60,495 nt of DNA, filler included, from 4 parts of 4 records of this genome joined end to end with filler, not necessarily neighbours in it; one strand, 5' to 3'; shown: positions 50,752-60,443, numbered from the whole stretch's first letter. Program-made: numbers and translations. The notes: generated from the letters alone by a model not told the origin.

Positions 50752-51336
50752 TTAACGGGCTATACTAGACCAAGGACTTTGAAAATCAAAATTACGATAT
50801 TCTTGAGCTAACTCTGTAGGCTCATACAAAACTATTTTTTGTGTATCATCATAACGAACAGCTGTATAACCATTTAAAGGAAAATCTTTTCGTAAAGGAT
50901 GCCCTTCAAAACCATAATCAGTTAATAATCGTCGTAAATCTGGATGATTTCTAAAACAAATTCCAAACATATCCCATACTTCTCTTTCCATCCAATTTGC
51001 CGATGGGAAAATATCTTGTACACTATCTAAAGCAGACATTTCATTAACATGAGTTTTAACACGTATTCTTGTATTATATTTTAAGCTTAAAAGCATATAA
51101 ACTACTTCAAAACGCTTATCATTTTCAGGATAATCAACTGCAGTTAAATCAATTAATTCTCTAAATTGAGAATTTAAATCATTTTTTAAAAAAGCTAAAA
51201 CATGATTAATATAAGTAGAAGGCACTACTATTGTTAATTCATTAAAACTAAATAATACTGTATTAATATAATGCGGTAAACATGAAACTAAATAATTTCC
51301 AAAATTTAATTTTAATTCTTTATTAAAATTAGACAT
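50752..51336 (-). CDS. nad9: Mitochondrial NADH dehydrogenase subunit 9
   Basis: ANWMEREVWDMFG...DLRRLLTDYGFEGHPLRKDFPL; true start ATG 51336 (the ORF-track extension runs through tRNAs). Confidence 0.97.
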   Translation of the reverse strand: MSNFNKELKLNFGNYLVSCLPHYINTVLFSFNELTIVVPSTYINHVLAFLKNDLNSQFRELIDLTAVDYPENDKRFEVVYMLLSLKYNTRIRVKTHVNEMSALDSVQDIFPSANWMEREVWDMFGICFRNHPDLRRLLTDYGFEGHPLRKDFPLNGYTAVRYDDTQKIVLYEPTELAQEYRNFDFQSPWSSIAR

Positions 51337-51347
51337 AAGTAAAAAAA

Positions 51348-51420
51348 AGGGTCTGAGTAGAATCGAACTACCGGCTTCACGCTTATCAAGCGTACACTCT
51401 AACCACTGAGTTACAGACCC
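51348..51420 (-). tRNA. trnI: tRNA-Ile(GAU)
   Basis: Cloverleaf GGGTCTG.../tacgc-tt-GAT-aa-gcgtg/GTTCGA. Confidence 0.93.
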
Positions 51421-51425
51421 TAAAA

Positions 51426-51498
51426 TTGGGGCAACGGGATTCGAACCCATGCATGCTGGTATCAAAAACCAGTGCCTTAACCACTTGGCTATACCCCA
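51426..51498 (-). tRNA. trnQ: tRNA-Gln(UUG)
   Basis: TGGGGTATAGCCAAGTGG.../ctggt-tt-TTG-at-accag/GTTCGAATCC. Confidence 0.93.
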
Positions 51499-51503
51499 TA
51501 AAT

Positions 51504-51833
51504 TTAAAATTTAACCTTTAATTTTAAACTAATACCCACGGGTATTTTTTTAATAAAGGCTTCATAATTATCTAAAAAATCTACGTAATTTTTTTTATTT
51601 TTCAAAAAATTAAAACTATTAGCTAAAACAAATACTCTACTATAAGTAGAACATTCAAATTGTTCTCGAGAAAGACTATAAATATGAGAAGAACGTATAG
51701 TTGTATATAACTTTTTATTTTTAGGTAAAGAAATAGGCCCTTTAATATCAAAAGACTTATTAATATTTAATATTTCTTTACAAAATGTATTTAATAAATT
51801 AATATCATAACTTTTAAGAGTAATATAAACCAT
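51504..51833 (-). CDS. rps10: Mitochondrial ribosomal protein S10
   Basis: ITLKSYD, GPISLP...YTTIRSSHIYSLSREQFE; start ATG 51833. Confidence 0.9.
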   Translation of the reverse strand: MVYITLKSYDINLLNTFCKEILNINKSFDIKGPISLPKNKKLYTTIRSSHIYSLSREQFECSTYSRVFVLANSFNFLKNKKNYVDFLDNYEAFIKKIPVGISLKLKVKF

Positions 51834-51861
51834 TAAAATATAAAAACTGTAATTTATAAAT

Positions 51862-51933
51862 TGTCGTGAGGCGGATTCGAACCGCCAACCCAAAGATTTT
51901 CAATCTTTTACTCTACCATTGAGCTATCACGAC
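51862..51933 (-). tRNA. trnF: tRNA-Phe(GAA)
   Basis: aaaga-tt-GAA-aa-tcttt anticodon arm; canonical T arm. Confidence 0.93.
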
Positions 51934-51977
51934 GTTTTTAAAATTAACAATAAAATATTTTTTTTACGCTGAATAAA

Positions 51978-53501
51978 TTAAAAAAAAATCTCTCCAATCC
52001 ACTGAGTATATAATAACAATAAATTAGGGCTAATAAATAAGAATAAAATAAATAAAAAAGACACACTTAAAATTAAAGAATGTGCATAACTTATTTTATT
52101 TTCATGTAAAAATCCTGCAGTATTATCATCAAAAAAAATTATTTTAATAAAACGAATATAATAAAAAGCACTAATAACACTAAATAATATACTCAAAATA
52201 ACTAATATATTAAAAGAAGATTCTAATCCACTAAATAATAAATAAAATTTAGCAAAAAAACCCGCTAGTGGAGGCACTCCTGCCATAGAGAACATGTTTA
52301 TAGCTAAAGTATAAGCTAATAAAGGATTTGATTTAGATAGACCCTGTAAATCATTAATATACTTGACTTGAACATAATCTTCATTATTTTTAACTTTTAA
52401 TGAAATAACAATTGCCCAAATATTTATCATCATTACAGTATAAATAACTAAATAAAATAATAATCCTTGAATACCTAAAATAGTTCCTGTTGAAAAACCT
52501 AATAATAAAAAACCAACATGTCCGATAGAACTATAAGCTAAAAAACGTTTTATTTTATTTTGTTGTAAAGCTTTTAATGTTCCTATACTAATAGATAAAA
52601 TAGAACATAATAAACCTACAGACTGCCAATAAAATAAACCTTCATATAAAGCAAAATAAAATATTTTAATTCCTATTCCTAATAAACCTATTTTAGGAAC
52701 AACAGAAAATAATATTGTAATAAAAAAAGGAGAACCTTCATAAACATCAGGAGCCCACATATGAAAAGGTGCTGCAGTTAATTTAAATAAAACTCCAATA
52801 AAAACACAAACAACTCCTAATATTATACGATTATTAATATCAAAAAAATCTGTTGAAAAATTTAAAAAATCAAACCCTATAAAAAATTTACCTAAATTTT
52901 CAAAACCAGTAGTACCAACAGCACCATAAATAAAAGATATACCTAATAATAAAATACCAGAAGAAAAAGCACCTAAAATAAAATATTTAAGACCTGCTTC
53001 TGTAGAAAAGGCGGAATCTTTTCGCATACTAGCTAAAATATAAAAAGCTAAACTTTGCACCTCTAATGAAATATACATAGAAACTAAATCAAAAGAAGAA
53101 ATTAAACATAATAAACCAAAAGTAGAGCATAAAACAAGAATTAAATACTCAAAAGAGTTTACTTTAGTTTCTTTTACAAAATTTAATGAAATAATTAAAC
53201 ATGCAATAGAAGATATTAATGCAAAGGCTTTAAAAAAATTAGAAAAATCATCTACAATAAATAAATTATTAAAAATTACTATATTATTTAAAGGATTATT
53301 AAAAATCAAAAGTAATACAAAAAATAAAGTTAAAATTGTTAAAATACTCATTTCCCGGACAAAGAAAGGGTATTTATATTTACGTAAATTACTCATTGTA
53401 ACCCCTGCAATTAAAAGAAATAAGGCTACAGTTATTATATATATTTCGGGTAAAAAAACTTTAAAGTGATTGTCGAAGAATAGTTCAAAATTTAACATCA
53501 T
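51978..53501 (-). CDS. nad2: Mitochondrial NADH dehydrogenase subunit 2
   Basis: STEAGLKYFILGA, FKLTAAPFHMWAPDVYEGSP, SMAGVPPLAGFFAK. Confidence 0.96.
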   Translation of the reverse strand: MMLNFELFFDNHFKVFLPEIYIITVALFLLIAGVTMSNLRKYKYPFFVREMSILTILTLFFVLLLIFNNPLNNIVIFNNLFIVDDFSNFFKAFALISSIACLIISLNFVKETKVNSFEYLILVLCSTFGLLCLISSFDLVSMYISLEVQSLAFYILASMRKDSAFSTEAGLKYFILGAFSSGILLLGISFIYGAVGTTGFENLGKFFIGFDFLNFSTDFFDINNRIILGVVCVFIGVLFKLTAAPFHMWAPDVYEGSPFFITILFSVVPKIGLLGIGIKIFYFALYEGLFYWQSVGLLCSILSISIGTLKALQQNKIKRFLAYSSIGHVGFLLLGFSTGTILGIQGLLFYLVIYTVMMINIWAIVISLKVKNNEDYVQVKYINDLQGLSKSNPLLAYTLAINMFSMAGVPPLAGFFAKFYLLFSGLESSFNILVILSILFSVISAFYYIRFIKIIFFDDNTAGFLHENKISYAHSLILSVSFLFILFLFISPNLLLLYTQWIGEIFF

Positions 53502-53503
53502 AG

Positions 53504-54949
53504 TTAATTGAATAAAAAGAATATATTTAATAAATGTATTTTATTAAATAAAACTTCTGGATAAATTCCTAAAAAAATAGTTAGGAAGATTAAAGGTAAT
53601 AACACATGAAATTCTCTTTTACTTAAATCAGAGAATCCTTTAATATGTTGTATTTTTAAATTTCCGTAAGCAATACGGTTAAAAAGCCATAATGAATATG
53701 CACCACTTAAAATAATACCTAAAGCTGCAAAAATTGTTATAAAAACATTATCTTGAAAAATTCCTGTAAATAATAACAATTCACCAACAAAATTACAAGT
53801 ACCAGGTAAGGCTGCATTTGCAAAAGTAAATAATAAAAAAATAGATATAAATACTGGCATAACTAAAACCATACCACTATAATACTTTAATAAACGAGTA
53901 TGGTGTCGGTCATAAACAATACCTACACATAAAAAAAGGGCACTAGATACTACCCCATGACTAATCATTTGAATTAAACTTCCTTCAATACCTTGAATAT
54001 TTAAACTAAACAAACCTAACATTATTAAATTCATATGGGCAATAGAAGCATAAGCAATAATACGCTTTAAATCTGTTTGACGTATAGCAGTTAAAGAAGT
54101 ATAAACAATACTAATAGTTGCAATCATATAAACTAATGGAGTAAAGTATAAAGAAGCATAAGGAAATAAAGGAAGAGAAAACCGAATAAACCCATAACTA
54201 CCCATCTTTAATAAAATACCCGCTAAAATTACAGAACCGGTAGTAGGAGCCTCTACGTGAGCTTCTGGTAACCAAATATGTACAGGAATCATAGGGATTT
54301 TAGAAGCAAATGAAAGAAAAAAAGCAAACCATAAAAATTTTTGTTTATTTTCACTAAAATCAGCTAATAGTAATGTTTGATAATCAGTCGTCCCTGTCTG
54401 AGCATAAATAGCCATTATAGCTACTAACATTAATACAGAACCGAATAATGTATAAAAAAATAATAAATAAGACGCTCTAACTTTACGACGTCGTGAACCC
54501 CAAATACCAATCATTAAAAACATTGGGATTAAAATACTTTCAAAAAAAACATAAAATAATAAAAGATCTAAAATAGTAAAAACTATAATTAATAAACTTT
54601 CCATTATTAAAAGCAAAATCATATACTCTTTTAAATTTTTTTTTATGTTTTTCCAACTACTTAAAATACAAATCGGAAAAATTAATGTTGTTAAAATAAC
54701 AAACAATAATCCAATACCATCTATACCTAAAATAAAGTTAATATTTAAAGACGATAACCATTGTATTTTTGTTACAAATTGGAATTTTGAGATAAAAGAA
54801 TCAAAACCTATCCATAATAATACAGAAAATAAAAAAGTAAGTAAGGAAAAATTTAAAGCTGTATTTCGAATTAAAATAATATTTTCTTTAGGAAGCAAAA
54901 GAATAAAAAAAGACCCTATTAAAGGTAATAAAATTAATATTTCTAACAT
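53504..54949 (-). CDS. nad4: Mitochondrial NADH dehydrogenase subunit 4
   Basis: PVHIWLPEAHVEAPTTGSVILAGILLKMG, DLKRIIAYASIAHM. Confidence 0.97.
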   Translation of the reverse strand: MLEILILLPLIGSFFILLLPKENIILIRNTALNFSLLTFLFSVLLWIGFDSFISKFQFVTKIQWLSSLNINFILGIDGIGLLFVILTTLIFPICILSSWKNIKKNLKEYMILLLIMESLLIIVFTILDLLLFYVFFESILIPMFLMIGIWGSRRRKVRASYLLFFYTLFGSVLMLVAIMAIYAQTGTTDYQTLLLADFSENKQKFLWFAFFLSFASKIPMIPVHIWLPEAHVEAPTTGSVILAGILLKMGSYGFIRFSLPLFPYASLYFTPLVYMIATISIVYTSLTAIRQTDLKRIIAYASIAHMNLIMLGLFSLNIQGIEGSLIQMISHGVVSSALFLCVGIVYDRHHTRLLKYYSGMVLVMPVFISIFLLFTFANAALPGTCNFVGELLLFTGIFQDNVFITIFAALGIILSGAYSLWLFNRIAYGNLKIQHIKGFSDLSKREFHVLLPLIFLTIFLGIYPEVLFNKIHLLNIFFLFN

Positions 54950-54974
54950 TACGATAATAATAATACAATGTCAA

Positions 54975-55047
54975 GGCGAAAAATGGGATTCGAACCCATA
55001 CCTTCTAGACCCACAAACTAGCACTCTACCATTAAGCTACAATCGCC
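54975..55047 (-). tRNA. trnH: tRNA-His(GUG)
   Basis: GTG anticodon; encoded G-1 and C73. Confidence 0.88.
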
Positions 55048-55056
55048 AAAATAAAA

Positions 55057-55524
55057 TTAATTTATTAACTGTTTAATTGTACTATTTAACCTAACAGATA
55101 ATAAAGTGTTAATGCTTATGCCACTTTCAAAAGTTAACCTTTCAATTGACATCATTTTTTTAAATTGTTTTAAAATTAACGGACTATATAATTTAGACTG
55201 AAACAAACAACATAAAATAAATTTATAATCGATAAATTTTTGTAAAATTTTAAAATTATTAATATCAGTTAAATCTAATTTATTTTTATATAAAATAAAA
55301 ATAGGACCATTAACTAAATTTTTTAATTTAGAATTTTCAATTTGTTTTTTGAAAACTTTATTTTTAATACGAGTTAATACAAACCCTTCTTTTTTTAAAT
55401 TTATCTTTAATTTTTTTAAATTATCGGAATTAAAAGAATTTAATTCACAAAATAAAATAATTTGATTATTTGATAAAATGTTTTTATAATAATTTAATAA
55501 ACGTCGATTTTTTAATAAATTCAA
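55057..55524 (-). CDS. rpl10: Probable mitochondrial ribosomal protein L10 (TTG start)
   Basis: L..LK..L...GFVL.RIKNKVF......L.NL..GPIFILY fits the uL10 'vKNtl...GP' pattern; basic, 155 aa. Confidence 0.7.
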   Translation of the reverse strand: MNLLKNRRLLNYYKNILSNNQIILFCELNSFNSDNLKKLKINLKKEGFVLTRIKNKVFKKQIENSKLKNLVNGPIFILYKNKLDLTDINNFKILQKFIDYKFILCCLFQSKLYSPLILKQFKKMMSIERLTFESGISINTLLSVRLNSTIKQLIN

Positions 55525-55537
55525 AATAAAAATAAAA

Positions 55538-55611
55538 TAGTGATAGAGGGATTTGAACCCTCGACCTTAGAGTTATGAATCCTACGTTCTGACCAACTAA
55601 ACTATATCACC
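55538..55611 (-). tRNA. tRNA with CAU anticodon (elongator Met or lysidine-Ile)
   Basis: tt-CAT-aa loop; lacks the three G-C pairs of initiator tRNA. Confidence 0.85.
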
Positions 55612-55630
55612 CTTAAAACGAAAAATTTCG

Positions 55631-55704
55631 TGTGCTCTGCAGGACTCGAACCTGCAACCGACAGCTTAGAAGGCTGATACTCTATCCGATTGAGATAAGA
55701 ACAC
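55631..55704 (-). tRNA. trnR: tRNA-Arg(UCU)
   Basis: cagc-ct-TCT-aa-gctg; canonical D and T arms. Confidence 0.92.
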
Positions 55705-55735
55705 GATACATATATATAAACGATTTTTAGGAAAA

Positions 55736-55819
55736 TGGGACAAACTGGATTCGAACCAGTGAAGAGAATATCTCGATAGATTTACAATCTATTGCTTTTA
55801 ACCACTCAGCCATCATCCC
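55736..55819 (-). tRNA. trnY: tRNA-Tyr(GUA)
   Basis: ataga-tt-GTA-aa-tctat with a long (bacterial-type) variable arm. Confidence 0.92.
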
Positions 55820-55823
55820 ATTT

Positions 55824-55895
55824 TCGGATTGGTAGGATTTGAACCTACGACTTCCTACTCCCAAAGCAGACACGCTACCGCTGCGTCACAAACCG
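55824..55895 (-). tRNA. trnP: tRNA-Pro(UGG)
   Basis: CGG start; tctgc-tt-TGG-ga-gtagg. Confidence 0.92.
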
Positions 55896-55926
55896 ATAAA
55901 ATCTTGTTAAAAAATAAGGTTTTTAG

Positions 55927-56301
55927 CTAAAAAAACTGAGACCCTAAACTTAAAATTTTTAATTTTTTTTGTTTTCTTAATTCTTTTGGTATCGGACCAA
56001 AAAATCTAGTACCATAAGGTTTAAAATTTTTATTTAATAAAATAATAGTATTTTCAAAAAAATTAAAAAATCTACCGTCAACACGAGTAGTTTTATATTT
56101 TGTTTTAAAAATTAACCCTAAACATACATCTTTTTTTTTCACTTTTAAGTTACCTTTAGACCTTAATTGTTTTACAGAAATTACAATAAGATCCCCTAAA
56201 AAACCAAAAGATTTAGAATGTTTTCCTAAAACTTTAATACACTCGACTTTACGAGCACCTGAATTATCTGAAACTTTTAATCTAGAACCTACTTGAATCA
56301 T
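55927..56301 (-). CDS. rpl14: Mitochondrial ribosomal protein L14
   Basis: MIQVGSRLKVSDNSGARKVECIKVL...PYGTRFFGPIPKELR. Confidence 0.96.
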   Translation of the reverse strand: MIQVGSRLKVSDNSGARKVECIKVLGKHSKSFGFLGDLIVISVKQLRSKGNLKVKKKDVCLGLIFKTKYKTTRVDGRFFNFFENTIILLNKNFKPYGTRFFGPIPKELRKQKKLKILSLGSQFF

Positions 56302-56312
56302 TACTTTTTTTA

Positions 56313-56837
56313 TTAATCTTTAAAATAAAAACCTAAAGATTGTAAAAGCTTAATATTTTCGTCTTTATTTTTACTAGAAAATGTAATTGATATATTTAAA
56401 TTTTTTAAAATACGGAATTTAAAAAGATTATCCCCTAAATCAGAAAAAATATAAATATCTTTAATACTAAAAGCAAATACTCCAGTGTTACTAATTTGCT
56501 TTTTTGAGAACCCTTCTTCTAAATCTAAAATATTTTTTAAATTTAAAGTTAAAAATTTTTCTAAAAAGAAAAAAGCGTCGCGACGCTCTAATTTTAAATT
56601 ACAACTGTAATTTTTACTAAAACTAGAGCGCGACTTAAAACCTACAACACCTTTTTTATTCCCTAGTAAATACAAAAAACCTAGCCCTAAAATAGTCGAC
56701 GTTTTATTCTTCAATTCTGAAAAATTTAAATTTATATATTTGATAAAACTAACTTCATTTATATTATTATATAAATTTGTTTTGGAAATTAAATCTTTAC
56801 GAGAATTTAATAAACGTATTTGTTGTAAACCTTTCAT
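56313..56837 (-). CDS. rpl5: Mitochondrial ribosomal protein L5 (divergent)
   Basis: DLISK...N..E...I..INLN N-terminus; G.F.FSIKD...F.DL......L.I.I.......LL..LGF.F C-terminus. Confidence 0.8.
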   Translation of the reverse strand: MKGLQQIRLLNSRKDLISKTNLYNNINEVSFIKYINLNFSELKNKTSTILGLGFLYLLGNKKGVVGFKSRSSFSKNYSCNLKLERRDAFFFLEKFLTLNLKNILDLEEGFSKKQISNTGVFAFSIKDIYIFSDLGDNLFKFRILKNLNISITFSSKNKDENIKLLQSLGFYFKD

Positions 56838-56849
56838 AAAATAAATTAT

Positions 56850-57155
56850 TTAATGACGTAATAAAGAAGAATATACAAAAATATTTTTTCTTACTCTATA
56901 AAAAGCGATTAAAATACCAAGCCCAATTGCAGACTCTGCTGCCCCTATTGTTAAAAACAATAGGGAATAAACTTGACCTAAAATATCATCTAAAAACCTT
57001 GAATAAATTATAAATATATAATTTATACTTAATAACATCATTTCAATAGAAATAAAAGTTATTATTATATTACTACGATTGAGTATAATACCTAAAAATG
57101 AAATACAAATAACTGCGTACGGAACAATAAGATATTCAAAAAAACTAATTACCAT
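56850..57155 (-). CDS. nad4L: Mitochondrial NADH dehydrogenase subunit 4L
   Basis: NRSNII...SIEMMLL, DDILGQ, GAAESAIGL; start ATG 57155. Confidence 0.95.
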   Translation of the reverse strand: MVISFFEYLIVPYAVICISFLGIILNRSNIIITFISIEMMLLSINYIFIIYSRFLDDILGQVYSLLFLTIGAAESAIGLGILIAFYRVRKNIFVYSSLLRH

Positions 57156-57159
57156 TTTT

Positions 57160-58182
57160 TTAACCAAATAATCGAGCTAGATTTAATACACTCACTAAAA
57201 ATAACGTCCAACCTACACAAACAGGTACGAACACACGCCATCCTAATGAAATTAACTGATCATAACGATACCGAGGTAAAACCCCACGAATAATAACAAA
57301 AATAGCACCTAACACCCAAATTTTAAGAGCAAACCAAAGAGGCCCAGGTATAAAACTTAAACAATCAAAAAGAGGACCCCATCCTCCTAAAAATAAAACA
57401 GTACAAAAAGCACACATATTTAAAATAGCAGCGTACTCTCCTAAAAAAAATAAAGCAAATACCATTGCAGAATACTCTACATTATACCCAGAAACAAGCT
57501 CAGCTTCTGCTTCCGGTAAATCAAAAGGATGTCGATTTGTTTCTGCTAACATAGAAACAAAAAATACTAAAAAAATAGGAAGTAACGGAGAAATTAACCA
57601 AACAACTTCTATTTGATAATATACAATCTCACTTAAATTAAAACTCCCCACCATAACAAATACACTTAATAAACCAAACCCAAAAGCAACCTCATAAGAT
57701 AACATTTGAGCTGCGGAACGCACTGCTCCTAAAAAAGCATATTTAGAATTACTAGACCATCCTGACATAATAATAGAATATACACCTATACTAGATAAAG
57801 CAAATAGATATAAAACTCCTAAGTTAATATTACTAATTAAAGCACCTTCTCCAAAAGGAATTACTCCCCAACAACCTACACCTATAAAAAAAGAAATTAT
57901 AGGAGATAAAATAAAAATAGAAGGATTCCCACTACTAGGAATAGTTGTTTCTTTTAAAATTAATTTTATCCCATCTGCTACGGATTGTAATAAACCATAA
58001 GCTCCTACAACATTGGGACCTTTTCGTCTTTGTATAGAACCTAAAATATTACGTTCTACTAAAATATAAAAAGCTACTGTTCCTAATAACAGTAGCACTA
58101 ATACTATACTTTTTAAAAGTACAAGTAAAGCAAGTTTTATTTGATATGAGAAAAAAGAAGTTAACATTGTTGTGTCTATCAT
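57160..58182 (-). CDS. nad1: Mitochondrial NADH dehydrogenase subunit 1
   Basis: QRRKGPNVVG, AETNRHPFDLPEAEAELVSGYNVEY, PRYRYDQL. Confidence 0.97.
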   Translation of the reverse strand: MIDTTMLTSFFSYQIKLALLVLLKSIVLVLLLLGTVAFYILVERNILGSIQRRKGPNVVGAYGLLQSVADGIKLILKETTIPSSGNPSIFILSPIISFFIGVGCWGVIPFGEGALISNINLGVLYLFALSSIGVYSIIMSGWSSNSKYAFLGAVRSAAQMLSYEVAFGFGLLSVFVMVGSFNLSEIVYYQIEVVWLISPLLPIFLVFFVSMLAETNRHPFDLPEAEAELVSGYNVEYSAMVFALFFLGEYAAILNMCAFCTVLFLGGWGPLFDCLSFIPGPLWFALKIWVLGAIFVIIRGVLPRYRYDQLISLGWRVFVPVCVGWTLFLVSVLNLARLFG

Positions 58183-58188
58183 TTTTTT

Positions 58189-60246
58189 TTATTTTTTAAA
58201 ATTGAAACGACGGATGTTATTTGAACATTCGGCCATTACACGAGATAAAGAAGAAATTATATTTGTTTTATAAAAATTCAATACTCTCGATTTGAAAAAC
58301 AGCGAAGACTTTTGATCATAATTTGAATTAAATAAAATATTTAAATTTAAAAAATGATTATAACCTAATGATCCTAAAAACTTATACTCTGACTGAAAAA
58401 ATTCTCTAAACGCAAAAAAATTTTCAGGAATTTCTTTAAAAATATTCATATAAACTAAATTTAAATAAGCAGAAAAAGCGTTAAAAATTTTCCAATCTTC
58501 TCTTGAATCTGCTAATCCCTTATTACTTTTATTTGTATTTTGTAATAAACCCTCAGCATTTAAATAACTAACTTTTTTTTCTGTAAAAGCTTTTCCAGGT
58601 AATACAAGATTAACTTTATTAACTTCTTTTATACCATGACTACCACAATAAACAGAAAAATTTTTGTTAAATAATTTACTAATTTGTTTATTATTTAAAT
58701 TAGTGTTTATATATAAATTAGACATTCCAAATTGATTTTTTTTTAAAGAAAAATCATTAATACTTTTAATACCTAATTCACGTAAATTAACACTACTTGC
58801 ATCAATATTTAAAATATTGATTGTAACATTAGAATTTTTAAAATATTTAGTAATTATTTCATTAATAAACAATAACTCTTTATTAGAAAAAGCATTTGAA
58901 CTAATAAAAAAAGAAATATTTTTAGCTTTTTTTAAATTTTTAGAATATAAATGCTTTGCTTTTAATAAATCAAAAAAAGAATTACTATTTAAACCTAAAT
59001 GTTTTGCTTCAAAAGTTAAATCCATAGCTGGACCAAAATATGCAACATCTAAACTTCCTGAACGTACAGCTTTTCGTAAATGAAGATTTAACATAGAAGA
59101 TTCAAAACGTGAATTACAGTTTACTAAAATACATAAATCATTATTTTTAATATCTTTAATTTTAGAATTTAATTTATAAAAAATATCTGAAGAATTACTA
59201 CAATAACTCGCATCTGAAAATAAATTAAAACAATTCAATTTATTAAAAATATATTTTAAAGTTATAATAGTTTCTAAATCAGAGTCTTTTCCAAAAATAA
59301 TATTAAATTTATGATCTAAATTATAAATATCTTTATAAATATTTAATAAAAATATATTAAAAGCTTTTTCCCAATTAATTTCTTCAAACTTTTTATTTTT
59401 TTTATTAACACCCATAAGAATTGGCACCCCTAAACGTTGAATATTTAGACCATCATAAGAGAATCGCGCTTTGTCAGAAATCCACTCTTCATTAATGTTT
59501 TCATTTAAACGAGGCAATACCCTCATAATCTCTGTACCTTTAGAATTAACTACAATATTACTACCACAACTATCAGATAAATCAATAGAATTAGTAGATT
59601 TTAATTCCCACGAACGTGCTTTAAAAGCATAAGGCTTAGATGTTAAAGCACCTACAGGACATAAATCAATGACATTACCAGATAATTCAGAACTTAAAGT
59701 TTTTTCTAAATAAGTACCTATTTGTGTATTAGTCCCTCTACCTAAAGTACCTAAATCTAGCACTCCCGCTATTTCTACAGAAAAACGAACACATCTAGTA
59801 CAATGAATACACCGAGTCATTATTGTTTTAATCAAAGGACCACAATCTTTATCCTCTACACCTCTTTTATACTCATAAAAACGACTTGAGTCACTACCAA
59901 AAAGCATTGCTTGATCTTGTAAATCACACTCTCCTCCTTGATCACAAATAGGACAGTCTAAAGGATGATTTAATAAAAGAAATTCTAATACCCCTTCTTG
60001 AGCTTTTTTTACCAACGGTGTTTTAGTAAAAACTTTCATACCTTCTGAAACGGGTAATGCACACGAAGCTACGGGTTTTGGAGATTTTTCAATTTCAACT
60101 AAACACATTCTACAATTACCTGCAATTAATAATCGCTCATGAAAACAAAATCGAGGTACATCAATACCTAAACTATCGCAAGCTTGTAAAACAGTTGAAT
60201 TTTTTGAAACACTTACAGGTATATTATCAATATATAAATTAACCAT
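58189..60246 (-). CDS. nad11: Mitochondrial NADH dehydrogenase subunit 11 (75 kDa / NuoG), unsplit
   Basis: FCFHERLLIAGNCRMCLVE, HPLDCPICDQGGECDLQDQ, CIHCTRC, DLCPVGAL. Confidence 0.97.
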   Translation of the reverse strand: MVNLYIDNIPVSVSKNSTVLQACDSLGIDVPRFCFHERLLIAGNCRMCLVEIEKSPKPVASCALPVSEGMKVFTKTPLVKKAQEGVLEFLLLNHPLDCPICDQGGECDLQDQAMLFGSDSSRFYEYKRGVEDKDCGPLIKTIMTRCIHCTRCVRFSVEIAGVLDLGTLGRGTNTQIGTYLEKTLSSELSGNVIDLCPVGALTSKPYAFKARSWELKSTNSIDLSDSCGSNIVVNSKGTEIMRVLPRLNENINEEWISDKARFSYDGLNIQRLGVPILMGVNKKNKKFEEINWEKAFNIFLLNIYKDIYNLDHKFNIIFGKDSDLETIITLKYIFNKLNCFNLFSDASYCSNSSDIFYKLNSKIKDIKNNDLCILVNCNSRFESSMLNLHLRKAVRSGSLDVAYFGPAMDLTFEAKHLGLNSNSFFDLLKAKHLYSKNLKKAKNISFFISSNAFSNKELLFINEIITKYFKNSNVTINILNIDASSVNLRELGIKSINDFSLKKNQFGMSNLYINTNLNNKQISKLFNKNFSVYCGSHGIKEVNKVNLVLPGKAFTEKKVSYLNAEGLLQNTNKSNKGLADSREDWKIFNAFSAYLNLVYMNIFKEIPENFFAFREFFQSEYKFLGSLGYNHFLNLNILFNSNYDQKSSLFFKSRVLNFYKTNIISSLSRVMAECSNNIRRFNFKK

Positions 60247-60271
60247 ATAAAATTTATTTTGCTTTATTTTA

Positions 60272-60360
60272 TGGAAAGGATGGGATTCGAACCCATGGTA
60301 TTACAAAAATAATACTTTAGTTTAGCAAACTAACACTATCAACCACTCAGTCACCCTTCC
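60272..60360 (-). tRNA. trnS: tRNA-Ser(GCU)
   Basis: ttagt-tt-GCT-aa-actaa with a long variable arm. Confidence 0.9.
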
Positions 60361-60370
60361 ATAAAATAAA

Positions 60371-60443
60371 CGAGAACGACAGGACTCGAACCTGCATACC
60401 TCGGCTCGACAAGCCGATACTCTACCAATTAAGCTACGTCCCC
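60371..60443 (-). tRNA. trnD: tRNA-Asp(GUC)
   Basis: tcggc-tt-GTC-ga-gccga; G73. Confidence 0.92.

Noticed and set aside
51337-51465. N-terminal extension of nad9 in the ORF track (likewise rps10 to 51893 and nad4L to 57167)
   Set aside because: The extensions run through tRNA genes or the neighbouring gene; downstream ATGs give normal lengths
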